Source of the DNA: an uncultured virus (IMG/VR IMGVR_UViG_3300035214_000047)
Lineage: Duplodnaviria; Heunggongvirae; Uroviricota; Caudoviricetes
Strand: one strand, 5' to 3'
IMG/VR virus record: IMGVR_UViG_3300035214_000047
DNA: 64,000 bases
The notes under the pieces were generated by a model. That model had not been told where the DNA came from and did not search any database. It saw only the letters and a list, made by a program, of their open reading frames with translations. Numbering within the stretch: the stretch's first letter is position 1; each line of letters starts with the position of its first letter. The position numbers and the translations under genes were made by a program. Shown in pieces: positions 29,244 through 40,000 of this stretch.

Positions 29244-29633
29244 TTAAAATCCTAAATCTGTTAAAAATGTAGCTTTTGCTGTTTTATGATTTGCTATTGC
29301 AGTTGTTGTTGCTCCTGTTGAGTCAGCGACATCTGCTAAAAGGTCTATCATACTTTTTCCTGTAAGGAACTCATTATCTAAAGTGCTTAGTCCTTGTGTT
29401 ACATGAGAACTTGCATTTTTGACTTTTACTTTTTCATCAGCGTCTGATACTACAGCCACACCATATTTTGAAGCGTTTGTGCCATCAGTTGTGATAGTAG
29501 TATTACCATCATCTATAGAAAAATAAGTTTTACCTTCTACTTCTCCTAAACTAATTGGCGTATCACCTACAGGTGCAGTATAATCAGCATCCTGCGCTAT
29601 TCCAGCAGTCATTGAATATATTACTTTTGCCAT
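29244..29633 (-). CDS. Hypothetical protein in the fibre block
   Basis: 129-aa ORF with a GGAG RBS and its own late promoter. Confidence 0.7.
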   Translation of the reverse strand: MAKVIYSMTAGIAQDADYTAPVGDTPISLGEVEGKTYFSIDDGNTTITTDGTNASKYGVAVVSDADEKVKVKNASSHVTQGLSTLDNEFLTGKSMIDLLADVADSTGATTTAIANHKTAKATFLTDLGF

Positions 29634-29666
29634 TTTATTTTCTCCGTTATTGTTTGTTAATACTTC

Positions 29667-29674
29667 TATTTATA
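29667..29674 (-). promoter_or_regulatory. T4-type late promoter
   Basis: TATAAATA upstream of 29633. Confidence 0.7.
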
Positions 29675-29683
29675 CTATTAATG

Positions 29684-32600
29684 TTATCTTCCATTACAAG
29701 CACCCCACATCAAAGGTCTTCCTGTATTTGAATAAGTAGCAGGTCCATGATGTCCCAAGTTATTAGCATTGGAAAATCCCCAAAGTAAACATTGTCCGTC
29801 TTCGGTTCCTACCCAAGGTTGTAATCCATAATAGGAAGTACCTTGGTCAATACCTTGAATACACATTGTTCTTATTCTAGTTCCTGCAGGTACATAAGCG
29901 TGGTATGGTTTGTATGTTCCATCTTCACCATTCCAACTATCTCCAGCAAGAGGATTAGGCATAGATTCGTAAACATCCCTACCTTGACAAAAGAATTCAC
30001 CGTTATCTGTTAACCAATAACTTCTACATTGGTCAGAATAAGTATTGCAAAGTGCAACTTCTTTCAAGTTATTAATTTTATCTACTTGAACTGGAGCTGT
30101 GTTTGTTCCTTGTCCACCATCACCTGAATTGTAATAAGTTCCAGAGAATCCAGCAGTCCAAGTTTCTCCATTTTTCAATCTAACAAAAGATGTATGATAA
30201 CCATTGTATCTCATTGTCCAAAAGTCAACTATATCTCCACCAGGAGCAATATCTGCTTTTGTCATAGTATTTCTATCAGTTGTTGTATTATCAAAGAAAT
30301 GACTATAGTTGTTATAACCTGTACTCCAAATGTATCCATCTCCATCTAATATATGGAAAGAGGAGTGTGATGTTCCTGAATTAGCTTGCCATACAGCGAT
30401 ACCGCCGTTATCTGAAGCGTTAAATCCTGTCTGTAATATTGGTCTATATTTGTTAACGGTTGTTGTATCTCCTAATTGACCAATGTTATTATATCCCCAA
30501 GCATAAATGTTGTCTTGTGAAGTTCTAGCATAAAAACTAGTACCATCTGTTCCTTGACAAGTAATGTCTATAATTTTTTCGTCATTAAACCATTCTCTTG
30601 GAATTCTTTTAGGTCCATAAGTATGCGTAGCTCTACCATCACCAACTTCACCATAACTATTGAATCCCCAAGTGTATACATCACCTTCATCTGTTAAACA
30701 GCATATCGTATGAGTACTATCTTCATTTTGAATATTATGAGTGATTTTAATAAAGTGTACATTTTCAACACCATCAGGTGATACAGGAACATTAGGATTA
30801 CCATCAAAACCAGTACCTTGTTGACCGTGACCACCATAACCACCGTGGAATAATTCACCATTATCAAATAGAACGGTTGTATAATCGTATCCTTGTTCAA
30901 TCTGTATACAGCGAGGTGTTCTCATTCTGTCATAACGAGACCATTTAGGTCCTCGTCTATTATTATAACCACCTTCGTTTCTGCTTTCAGAATTGTAAAA
31001 ATCTCTCCATCTAAAACATACTTCTCTAAAGTATGAAGACGACCTAGCGTGGTGCATATCGCTGCTTGAACTACCTTCCCCAATTGTCCATAATGCACCA
31101 TTTTTATCTATGTACATATGGTTTCTGTAAGTATTGGCAGATTCAGACCGACCATGTTTAAACGGCCATCCGATTGGACCCCTATTCGGGAACCAAACTC
31201 CAGCACATTGTTCTTGTGCATTCATACCTGCAAAGGATTCCCAAGCATTATGATATGATTGAATATGTGGAGGATAATTTTTTCCTGTTGTATTATTATT
31301 TTCGTGTTCACCGTATCCAGTTAATTTTCCAGCAGTAACAGAAGATTTTGTCATTAAAGGAGACCTTGTTGGTTCTTGGTGACCGTGTTGAGGTGGTCTA
31401 CCTTTACTATCTCTTATTGCTTTGTATAATCCAGTACCTTGTGTATACCATTTTTCATTTGTTAATTTTTTGAAAGGTTTGTAAGACACAACATCATTGT
31501 AATTGTATTGTGTGTTAGTAGAATATTCACCTCTAAATCTTAAAGATGATTGTATTTTGTCCCAATGTTTGAAACCTCTCCAAGATTTCTCAATTGAGAA
31601 ACCAGAACTATTGTACATACCAGTAGTTGCTCTAGTAGCAGTAGTTGGTTCTAAACAGAATGGATAGATAACCGTTTTTTCAGCTTCAGATTGAGTTGTT
31701 TGATAAGGAACCGTTAATTCAACCGTTCTCTCACCTTTGTTTAAGAAATTGTATTGATTTCCACCTTTCCATCTTCCATTATCCATTTCTTGTGGGTATT
31801 GATAATCGTAATCTGCTTGATCCGATTTAAAGAAACATTCAATGTAAGTATTTTCATCTACTTGATATCCGTCTAGGTAATATTTAACCCATCCGTTTTT
31901 ACCATATCCTCTCCATTTTGGTAGATTACCAGGAGCATATGATTTACCAAGATTTGCAGACATATCATAAGTTTCTGTTGCGAATCCATAGGAAGCTGTT
32001 TCAGCTGAGTAAGTATAAAGTTTAGCTACACCAGCTTGTAATTTAATTATTGTATGAGCACCAGCACTTCCAGGAGTACCATAATGGGTTACTCCAGTTG
32101 TGTATGCAGAACCACTAGCGTGTGTTCCATCACTAGTTGTTGAGAAAGTTAATGTTTGTCCTGCGTTAGTTGAATCAGATTGGTCAAACTTATAAGTTTT
32201 TCCTTCTTCTAATTTAACCGTTTCAGCAGTTGCCAATGAACCATCTATATGAAATTTACTTCCTGATACAGAAACTTCAAAAGTTCTTTCAGTATTTTCT
32301 GTTGAATCCGTAAGTTTCGGCATATAAAGTTCAATCTTATCTTCGTTAGAAGTTGGAGTTGAACCCAATGCAGTAGTTGTTCCAGTTCCAGTCTTATCTA
32401 TTCCTTGATAATCACCAGATATACCACCAACAACAACGGTAGAAGCTTCAGCAACTAATTGATAAACTGGTTTTCCATTAATTAATAATCTTTGTCTTCC
32501 AGCACCAGCATTTAAAGTTGTTGTATCGTCTCTACTTTGTGTTACTACAGCTGTTATATTAGAATTAACTTGTAATGCACCGTCAACATAAACATAAGAA

Positions 32601-33769
32601 TATGTTGTTCCTGTTTGTGCGTGATGTTCTGTAGTATCGCCAGTATGTAAATAAATCGTTTTTCTTTCAGAAGAAGCAACTCCACCAGTAGTTGTTCCTT
32701 TCCAAGAATTTGAAACTTGTAAATAAGTGTTATTACTTGCGTCTGTTAATACTGAAACTTGCGTATCTTTTCTTTGTGTGCCATCAGCGTGTTTATGACC
32801 TTGTAAAGCAACTGATTGAGTTTCCCAACCAGGTACATCACCTTGGTCAAAAGTTAATTTGTGAGCAGCACCACCACCACCTCGTCTTGTATCTTCAGCG
32901 ATAGCAGAAGCTTCTGTTTTATACATTGGTGAAAAGAAACCACTATCACCAGTTGAAGTTGTTCCTTTTACATAATAAGGTCCATCAGGATCCTGTCCTA
33001 ATGACTTACCTAAATTATTTGCATTATGAATACCATCAGCAGTATAAGAAAATCCTATTGGATAGTATTTGTTTGAATTTTTTTGTTGAATAAAATTGTA
33101 TCTATGACCTTCTCTAACAAACTCAAAGTTTCTATATCCAGCGAATTGTCTACCTTTAGTATCAGAACCTAGTCTGTTATCAATTTTAAAATCTGCTACA
33201 CCACCTGAAATAGAAACCTGTACTTCAAAAGAATTATCTATTGGTCTGTAGTGGTATCTAAAATAAGTTTGTTCATAACCATTGTAAGTATCCATTTCTG
33301 AATAATCATCTTCTGTTTCTCTAAACATAGAATCATATTCATCCATTAAGTGAGTTTGATGGCGAACAACCGTTCCCAATGCTGTATCTATTTGATTCCA
33401 AGATTGTTCATTTGCGCCTTCTTCGTTAGAACCGTAAGTAGAATTATATTTGATAGGGTTTCCATCTTGGTCGGTTCTTTGTCTTTCGCCTTTTCTTTCG
33501 TTTTCTGTCCAATATTGTGTATAGTTAAATGCGTCAGCACCGTTGTAATCTGGATCTTGCGACCAGTTACCACCAGTTCTTTCTTTTACATTATATCCAA
33601 CTACTTTACTTCCAGGAGCATATGCGCTTGAACCATCAGCAAGATATTCATTTGTTAGTATCCACATTGCGTTAGAATGGTATACTATATCGTCTCTTCT
33701 GTATAGTTGTTCTCTATCGTATTCCCCTTGGAATTGTAATTTAATTCTTCCGAGATTTATTTTTGCCAT
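29684..33769 (-). CDS. Large RCC1-repeat virion/adhesin protein
   Basis: GDVYTWGFNSYGEVG and NIYAWGYNNIGQLG repeats; cyanophage-type fibre module EGKTYKFDQSDSTN..FSTTSDGTH. Confidence 0.8.
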   Translation of the reverse strand: MAKINLGRIKLQFQGEYDREQLYRRDDIVYHSNAMWILTNEYLADGSSAYAPGSKVVGYNVKERTGGNWSQDPDYNGADAFNYTQYWTENERKGERQRTDQDGNPIKYNSTYGSNEEGANEQSWNQIDTALGTVVRHQTHLMDEYDSMFRETEDDYSEMDTYNGYEQTYFRYHYRPIDNSFEVQVSISGGVADFKIDNRLGSDTKGRQFAGYRNFEFVREGHRYNFIQQKNSNKYYPIGFSYTADGIHNANNLGKSLGQDPDGPYYVKGTTSTGDSGFFSPMYKTEASAIAEDTRRGGGGAAHKLTFDQGDVPGWETQSVALQGHKHADGTQRKDTQVSVLTDASNNTYLQVSNSWKGTTTGGVASSERKTIYLHTGDTTEHHAQTGTTYSYVYVDGALQVNSNITAVVTQSRDDTTTLNAGAGRQRLLINGKPVYQLVAEASTVVVGGISGDYQGIDKTGTGTTTALGSTPTSNEDKIELYMPKLTDSTENTERTFEVSVSGSKFHIDGSLATAETVKLEEGKTYKFDQSDSTNAGQTLTFSTTSDGTHASGSAYTTGVTHYGTPGSAGAHTIIKLQAGVAKLYTYSAETASYGFATETYDMSANLGKSYAPGNLPKWRGYGKNGWVKYYLDGYQVDENTYIECFFKSDQADYDYQYPQEMDNGRWKGGNQYNFLNKGERTVELTVPYQTTQSEAEKTVIYPFCLEPTTATRATTGMYNSSGFSIEKSWRGFKHWDKIQSSLRFRGEYSTNTQYNYNDVVSYKPFKKLTNEKWYTQGTGLYKAIRDSKGRPPQHGHQEPTRSPLMTKSSVTAGKLTGYGEHENNNTTGKNYPPHIQSYHNAWESFAGMNAQEQCAGVWFPNRGPIGWPFKHGRSESANTYRNHMYIDKNGALWTIGEGSSSSDMHHARSSSYFREVCFRWRDFYNSESRNEGGYNNRRGPKWSRYDRMRTPRCIQIEQGYDYTTVLFDNGELFHGGYGGHGQQGTGFDGNPNVPVSPDGVENVHFIKITHNIQNEDSTHTICCLTDEGDVYTWGFNSYGEVGDGRATHTYGPKRIPREWFNDEKIIDITCQGTDGTSFYARTSQDNIYAWGYNNIGQLGDTTTVNKYRPILQTGFNASDNGGIAVWQANSGTSHSSFHILDGDGYIWSTGYNNYSHFFDNTTTDRNTMTKADIAPGGDIVDFWTMRYNGYHTSFVRLKNGETWTAGFSGTYYNSGDGGQGTNTAPVQVDKINNLKEVALCNTYSDQCRSYWLTDNGEFFCQGRDVYESMPNPLAGDSWNGEDGTYKPYHAYVPAGTRIRTMCIQGIDQGTSYYGLQPWVGTEDGQCLLWGFSNANNLGHHGPATYSNTGRPLMWGACNGR

Positions 33770-33799
33770 TTTAATTTTTCCCTATCTTAATTATATTTA

Positions 33800-36700
33800 T
33801 TAACATAACACAGGTGGTTGTGCCATTGAGTGGTAATCACCATCATTTTGTCCCATAATATAAGATCCACCATAACCCCACAATAAGTACCTGTTATCAA
33901 AAGTTCTAACTTCTCTAAAGTGGTATCTATTACCATCACTAGAGTAATATCCTCTTCCTCTTACATCTTCAATTCTGCCATGTGCGAAATTAGGCATTCT
34001 TTGCATTTGGAAATAATAATCATCTGTTTCTTCTATTCCATTTGTAGATTGTCTGTCGTTATAACTAGAAGACCAACCTTGACATCCTAATCCATAGTTG
34101 TTTCTTCCAACATTAAACATAAATCCGTCATAAGTTAATACCCAAACATTACACATCCATTCGTTACCATATTCACTATTGCAACCAATGTCTTTAATGT
34201 TTTCTAAATCAGTTGCTGTTGTTCCATTAATCTGCCATTTAGGTGTTACTGGCGAAGTTTGGTTAGTTGAATTTCCTATACCAAGTTCATAGTTAGCATT
34301 GTATCCACAACACTTAATATTACCAACTTGGTCTTTTGTATAGAAAGAAGCATATCTTCCATTTCCAGTAAACCACATATTAGAACAAGTTCCATAACTT
34401 CCGGATCCAGGTCCACTAGACATTTTTGTAAATGTACTAACATCTGTAGTATTTCCCATCATCGCCCATCCAAATTCGTTTCTTCCTGTCCAAAATATTT
34501 GGCCTTTGTCAGTAAGAATAGCAACTCTTCCATATGAAGCTTCAGAATCTATTAATAATTTTTTAATACCACCTATACTTGACGCTCCAACATTATCAAA
34601 AACAGGACTTGTTATTTCAGTTGGTACATGGAGATTAGTTGTGTTACCGTTTGCAAGTTGTCCATATCCATTGTATCCCCAACTATATAATTTTCCTTCG
34701 TCATCAAGCGCATAACAGAAAGCGTGTTGAGCACCAGCAGTCCAGAAAGCAAGAATTTTATTATTATTAAAATAAGTACTTTTTGAAATTTTTTGTGGTC
34801 TAGTTTTATCAGTTGTTGTATTATCTCCTAATTGACCATAGTTGTTATAACCCCAAGCCCACATTTCGCCATCCGAATCTAACGCATAGCAACTATGAGA
34901 GTTAACATTATTGTTTCCACCCCAATTAGACATCCAAATTCTATTTATTCTAGTTTCCATTAATGTATGTGTTGAAGTATTAGCAGCAGCATAAACTTCT
35001 TGGTATGTTCCACCAGGTCTAACTGGAAAATTTCTGCTTGTAGTAGAAGCGTCACCACTTTGTCCTTGACCTCCGTAACCCCAATGGTATATTTCGCCAT
35101 TATTAAATAATGCCATACCACACTCATATCCAGATATTAATTGAATTGCTTTTGGCGTTTCTTTATCTGGAGTTGTATGAATACCAGAACCTCCATTATC
35201 AGAACTTCTATACCAATCTAGGAATGGGAATGTCATTCCAACTCCTGATAGTACACCATCTATATAAAGTCCAGCTTGTCCAGTTGAGTTTGAACCCCAA
35301 CTTGTAATTCCACCACGACCATTTATGAAACAAGGCCAGTTAACACAATTCGCTTGTTGGAATTGTCCTGGCAATCTGTAATATTTGTTATCGTCTCCAA
35401 GTGGACCACTTGTATTACATAAACTCATACACTCTAATCTATTACCTGAATATCTATGTTGATATCCTCTAGCTTTTTTCTGTGTACTTGCAACATCAAA
35501 GGTTGGAGATGAAGAAGCATAAAATATATATCCATCAAATTTTAGTTGGTCAGAAACAGCGTTATTTTCACCGCCCATTAAAGGAGTGTCATTGTCGTTG
35601 TCCCACTTACTTCTTTGTCTTCCGTGTCTTTGGTCTGGAGATACTTTAATAAGTAAAGCACCCCAAGTTCCTATTGCAGATATTTTTAATACAACATCTG
35701 GAGCACCACCGCCACCAAAACCTGCGTCAGCGAAAGTTAATTCTTCGTCTATAGCGTATCCAAGTCCACCCATTTGACCATTAAGAAGTTTTTTAGTAAG
35801 TGTTGAAACAATAACTTCACCGTCTTGGTCTACTTCAAAATCCCAATAGCAGTTTCCACCACCACCAGTTGAAGAAGTGTGAGTTAAATTTTTATAAATT
35901 CCTTTTTTTCTTTTGTAATGAGCACCACTTTCAACCGTCCAAGTTTTTGCAGATTGATATCCTTCTATTTCAACATCAAACATTGGTGTATTATATCCAC
36001 CAGTTCTTCCTGCACCTGAATTTTCAGCAGCAGCAGTTACATTAATACAATTAACACTTTCATAATATCCTGGTTGTCTACTTGGAGAACCAGCTGATAC
36101 ATTAGTAATTGTTGCAACAGCACCACTATCGGTAATAACCTCATCATCAAATTGCATTTCTTCTGAAACTCTTTCCCAATATTTCCAATCGTCTGTATCT
36201 TTTTCTTGGTCCCAAGGTAAAAATTTGTTAGTACCATCACAAGTATGTTCTCTTATACAAATATAAGTAGCTCTTACTCTTTGAATATGCTCTTGGTTCA
36301 TTGTAGAATGAAGATAATCATTATCTACATCTACAAATACTTTAACTATATCATTTGTGTAGTAAGTTAAATATGAACCAGTATCGTTAGTGTTATCGTG
36401 TTCGCCTCTCCAATTAAATGATTGTCTAATTGGTTTCCAAATTGCATGGTCAGCAACAACTATTTTAGGACCCCAAAAAGCAGAAGCGTTTTGAAAATTA
36501 AACACATAAATTTCTTTAGGTGTTTCTTTTGTAAAATCTATTCTTATTTCTCTAGTAGCAGCATTGTTGAAAGTAGTGTCGTTAAAATAATCTCCAACAG
36601 CAGTTCCAGCACCTACAGCTTTTCCATCTAGTAAATAAGTTACATCTGTATGCCAAAGATTTGTAGCTTTATTTGAAGAAGAGTTAGAAAATGCTACTCG

Positions 36701-37021
36701 GTTATCATCAAAGTCGGCACCATCTTGGTATAAAACCAATGTATCGCCAACTTTATATTGTACTTCTTCTTGCGGCCAAGTTGCTTCACCATCCCATTTA
36801 TATGCGTTTGCACCTGTTCCAGCAGAAACAGCTTTAGTCAATCTAACATATCTTCGTTGATTATCTACTGGTGCAGTTCCAGTTGTTGATGAATTTTTAG
36901 TACAAATCCAATCTGTGTTGTTGTATATAACAACATCATCTTTATGATAGGTCTTTGTACTTGAATATTCACCTTGATAATTGAAAAACAAGTTACCGAT
37001 TCTAGTTTTTGTTGTTGCCAT
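33800..37021 (-). CDS. Large RCC1-repeat virion/adhesin protein
   Basis: GEMWAWGYNNYGQLG and GKLYSWGYNGYGQL repeats; N-terminus shared with its paralogs. Confidence 0.8.
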   Translation of the reverse strand: MATTKTRIGNLFFNYQGEYSSTKTYHKDDVVIYNNTDWICTKNSSTTGTAPVDNQRRYVRLTKAVSAGTGANAYKWDGEATWPQEEVQYKVGDTLVLYQDGADFDDNRVAFSNSSSNKATNLWHTDVTYLLDGKAVGAGTAVGDYFNDTTFNNAATREIRIDFTKETPKEIYVFNFQNASAFWGPKIVVADHAIWKPIRQSFNWRGEHDNTNDTGSYLTYYTNDIVKVFVDVDNDYLHSTMNQEHIQRVRATYICIREHTCDGTNKFLPWDQEKDTDDWKYWERVSEEMQFDDEVITDSGAVATITNVSAGSPSRQPGYYESVNCINVTAAAENSGAGRTGGYNTPMFDVEIEGYQSAKTWTVESGAHYKRKKGIYKNLTHTSSTGGGGNCYWDFEVDQDGEVIVSTLTKKLLNGQMGGLGYAIDEELTFADAGFGGGGAPDVVLKISAIGTWGALLIKVSPDQRHGRQRSKWDNDNDTPLMGGENNAVSDQLKFDGYIFYASSSPTFDVASTQKKARGYQHRYSGNRLECMSLCNTSGPLGDDNKYYRLPGQFQQANCVNWPCFINGRGGITSWGSNSTGQAGLYIDGVLSGVGMTFPFLDWYRSSDNGGSGIHTTPDKETPKAIQLISGYECGMALFNNGEIYHWGYGGQGQSGDASTTSRNFPVRPGGTYQEVYAAANTSTHTLMETRINRIWMSNWGGNNNVNSHSCYALDSDGEMWAWGYNNYGQLGDNTTTDKTRPQKISKSTYFNNNKILAFWTAGAQHAFCYALDDEGKLYSWGYNGYGQLANGNTTNLHVPTEITSPVFDNVGASSIGGIKKLLIDSEASYGRVAILTDKGQIFWTGRNEFGWAMMGNTTDVSTFTKMSSGPGSGSYGTCSNMWFTGNGRYASFYTKDQVGNIKCCGYNANYELGIGNSTNQTSPVTPKWQINGTTATDLENIKDIGCNSEYGNEWMCNVWVLTYDGFMFNVGRNNYGLGCQGWSSSYNDRQSTNGIEETDDYYFQMQRMPNFAHGRIEDVRGRGYYSSDGNRYHFREVRTFDNRYLLWGYGGSYIMGQNDGDYHSMAQPPVLC

Positions 37022-37044
37022 TGTTTATTTCCTATTTCTAATAT

Positions 37045-37052
37045 TATTTATA
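37045..37052 (-). promoter_or_regulatory. T4-type late promoter
   Basis: TATAAATA upstream of 37021. Confidence 0.7.
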
Positions 37053-40000
37053 TTGTTTCTATTACCAAATCCCCAGCATTATCTATGTTTATGTGCATAG
37101 TGCCGTTAATAAATTCAAACCCTTCAGTCGCATCCGTTCCATCAAAAAACACACTTTCTTTCTGTACAAGTTCATTAGCATTAGTAATAACTCTTCTTTT
37201 TAATGCTAAATCCATATCATCAATTGAAAGTGTTTGTAATGTTGGTGTTCCTTGTGCGTCAACATATGACTTATTAACTAGGTCGTTTGCAGTTGTTGGT
37301 GTAATACTTGTTTGTGATTGAGCAGCAAGAGTAATTATACCAGAGTTTTGTGTTCCGATAGTTAAGTTTACATCTGTTCCACTTAATCCTGTTGTTGTTA
37401 TTGTTCCACCTGAAGTATAAACACTACCAGCTGTTATTGAATTAACAGATAAATCGTTTTGTCCTCCTCCAAGTCGTTCAGCTACATAAGTTTTAATACC
37501 TTTTTCAGTTACAAGAGCAGTATCAGAATTACCTGATAGTGTTCCGTCAGTACTAAATTCGTTAATTGTAGCGCCAAAATTTCCTTGAGCAGTTGAACCC
37601 AAACTTAATGTTTGTAATCCAGAAAGTGCAAGGTCTTCAGCAGTTAATGTTGCTTTACCAGTTGATTGGTCAACATTTAATAAGTTACTTACTTTATAGT
37701 TACCAGTTTGGTCAGTTGCAGAATAGAATACTCTTCCTCTATCTACTTCAATTATTTCATCATTTGAATCCGCAGATTGACTTGGTGTACCTGGATAATT
37801 AGTTGTTGTACTATCTCCAGTACCAACATCTTGGAAGTCGTGTCCAGTTAATCTGATATTTGAGTAATTACTTCTTAAAGTTGCTGTTTCATTATTAGTT
37901 GGTTTATTAGAAGTTGTAAATTTAGGACTAACTCTAACCGTTCCAGCACCAGCAGAATATCCTGTAACTCCAACAACATAATAAGCTTGTCCAGATATTC
38001 CAGCAAACTCTATTACATCTCCACCTGCAGGTTCTTTAGATAATCCATCTACTCTAACAAAGGCAGTTCCTTCACTTGATATTTCAGCATAACCATCTCC
38101 AGCAACCGTAGCAGTTGTGTCTTCTTGTTTGTATCCTGTACCAGCAGTACCAACCGTTGTACGAGATATAACTCCATCTCCGATTGTTGCTGTTGCAGTA
38201 CCAAGCGTTCCAGCACTAGGGTCTGTTAATGTAACCGTAGGTGCAGAAGAATATCCAGCACCACCATCTAAAATTAAAACTTTTGAAAGTAATCCATCTA
38301 CTATAACTGCTCTAACTAGAGCTTCTCTACTTGGAGAACCTCCACCAGAGATAGCAACTTTTGGTTCTATTTCATATCCAGTACTTGAATCAAAAGTAGT
38401 AGCAGCTGATAATCCAGAATTTACCCAGACATCAAATCCTGCACTACTATTATTTTTTTGTACCGTAGCAGTTTTTGTAGAAGAAACATAATCACTTATC
38501 GTTCCAGTACTACCATAACCAGTACCTTGATAAATGTTAATTCTCATTCCATTATAAAAGTCATCTGCTTGTGTATCACTAGCATTAAGGATAATTGTAC
38601 TTGTAGTTCCTCCTTGTGCATATCTAAAATCTAAAGCAGAAGAAGATGAGAATTGTGTTGCGCCAGTAGTATTTACCGTAATATGTTCTATAGCACCATC
38701 ACTTAAATCTCCAGTAACAGCAGCAGAAGTTCCACTTCCACCAATAGTTATTGTTGAAGAAGAATAACCTTCCCCAGCATATTCCATTTCTAATCTTCCA
38801 ATTTTACCATCAGCAATTAATGTTCTTCCAACTATTGCCTCGTTGTTTTGTAAATCTACAGCACCAGTATAAGCTGTTTCAGCAGCGTCAATACCAGCAG
38901 CTGTTGAACCATATTCTCCATAAGAGTTGTTTGAGTTCAAACCTCTAATTAAAGAACCACTATCAGCAAGATAGCCGTGGTGGCAGTAATAAGTGAATAC
39001 TGAATCTAATTCAGCTACAGCGTTTGATAAAGTCCATACTCCAACACCGTCAGAACTAACTTGTGTAAAATCATTTGCAAAAATTGATATGAATCCAGCG
39101 TTGTGTAATGAACCATCAACTTTAATTCCAACAGAACCAGTACCAATGTGTGTACAATTTTCTATAGAAGGTTCTTTATCTGTAATGTGAACGGAAGTAT
39201 CTGATACTCCAGAACCTGGATCTAAAGCAATACATACTCCTGAACGACTTGCACCGTCAGCAGTATTTGGTCGTGCTACTCCAAAAGAGTCATCACTTCC
39301 ATTTGTTCCAAGCATTCCTGAAAATGTAAAGTTTCTAACCGTAGTTCCATTTCTAACTCTAAGCATATCTGCTCTTGCGTTAGGTGTACTTGTTAATCCT
39401 GAAGCAGTTGAATTTCCTGAAGCAGGAGCAATTTTTGTACTTCTTAATGCGTCACCAATTAAAGCTGTATTAGCAGGAACTATAAGTGGCAATGCCTCCT
39501 CATATTCTCCTGTTTTAACATAAAGTATTTTGTTTGTAGCAGCAGCAATATTACCTGTTACTGCCATCCAAGTTAATGCGTATTGAATTGTTAACCAAGG
39601 TTTTTCTAAAGATGTTCCTCTTCCTGAATCAGAAGCAGGATCGTTATCAGCACCGTGTTTGCCAACAAAATAAACAGCTGTTGTAACTCCAGGTACTGCC
39701 CAAGCGACATCTGTACCATCTGATTTTAATAATGAACCAGTAGTACCAACAGCTAATCTAGCTCGTTGAGTTGCGTCTCTTGTTAAAATATCACCTCTTG
39801 TAGTTAGAGTTGCGTTTGTATCACCTTCAGCAAGTAAATCCCAATAAACTCCACCACTATCGTAATCTGGTCGTTTAGCGTCTCCTGCAACAGCAGAAGA
39901 AGTGTGAGCTAATTTACATCTATAAGATGATGAACCATAGTTAACACCATCTCCTGGAGCATAATCAGTTGCGTCTGTCCAATCATCCCTCCAATTAAAT

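Noticed and set aside
10699..36240. Short out-of-frame minus-strand ORFs nested in large genes (10699..10950, 23724..23909, 27095..27364, 30694..30900, 33388..33573, 36037..36240)
   Set aside because: Alternate-frame by-products of codon bias, with no supporting motif
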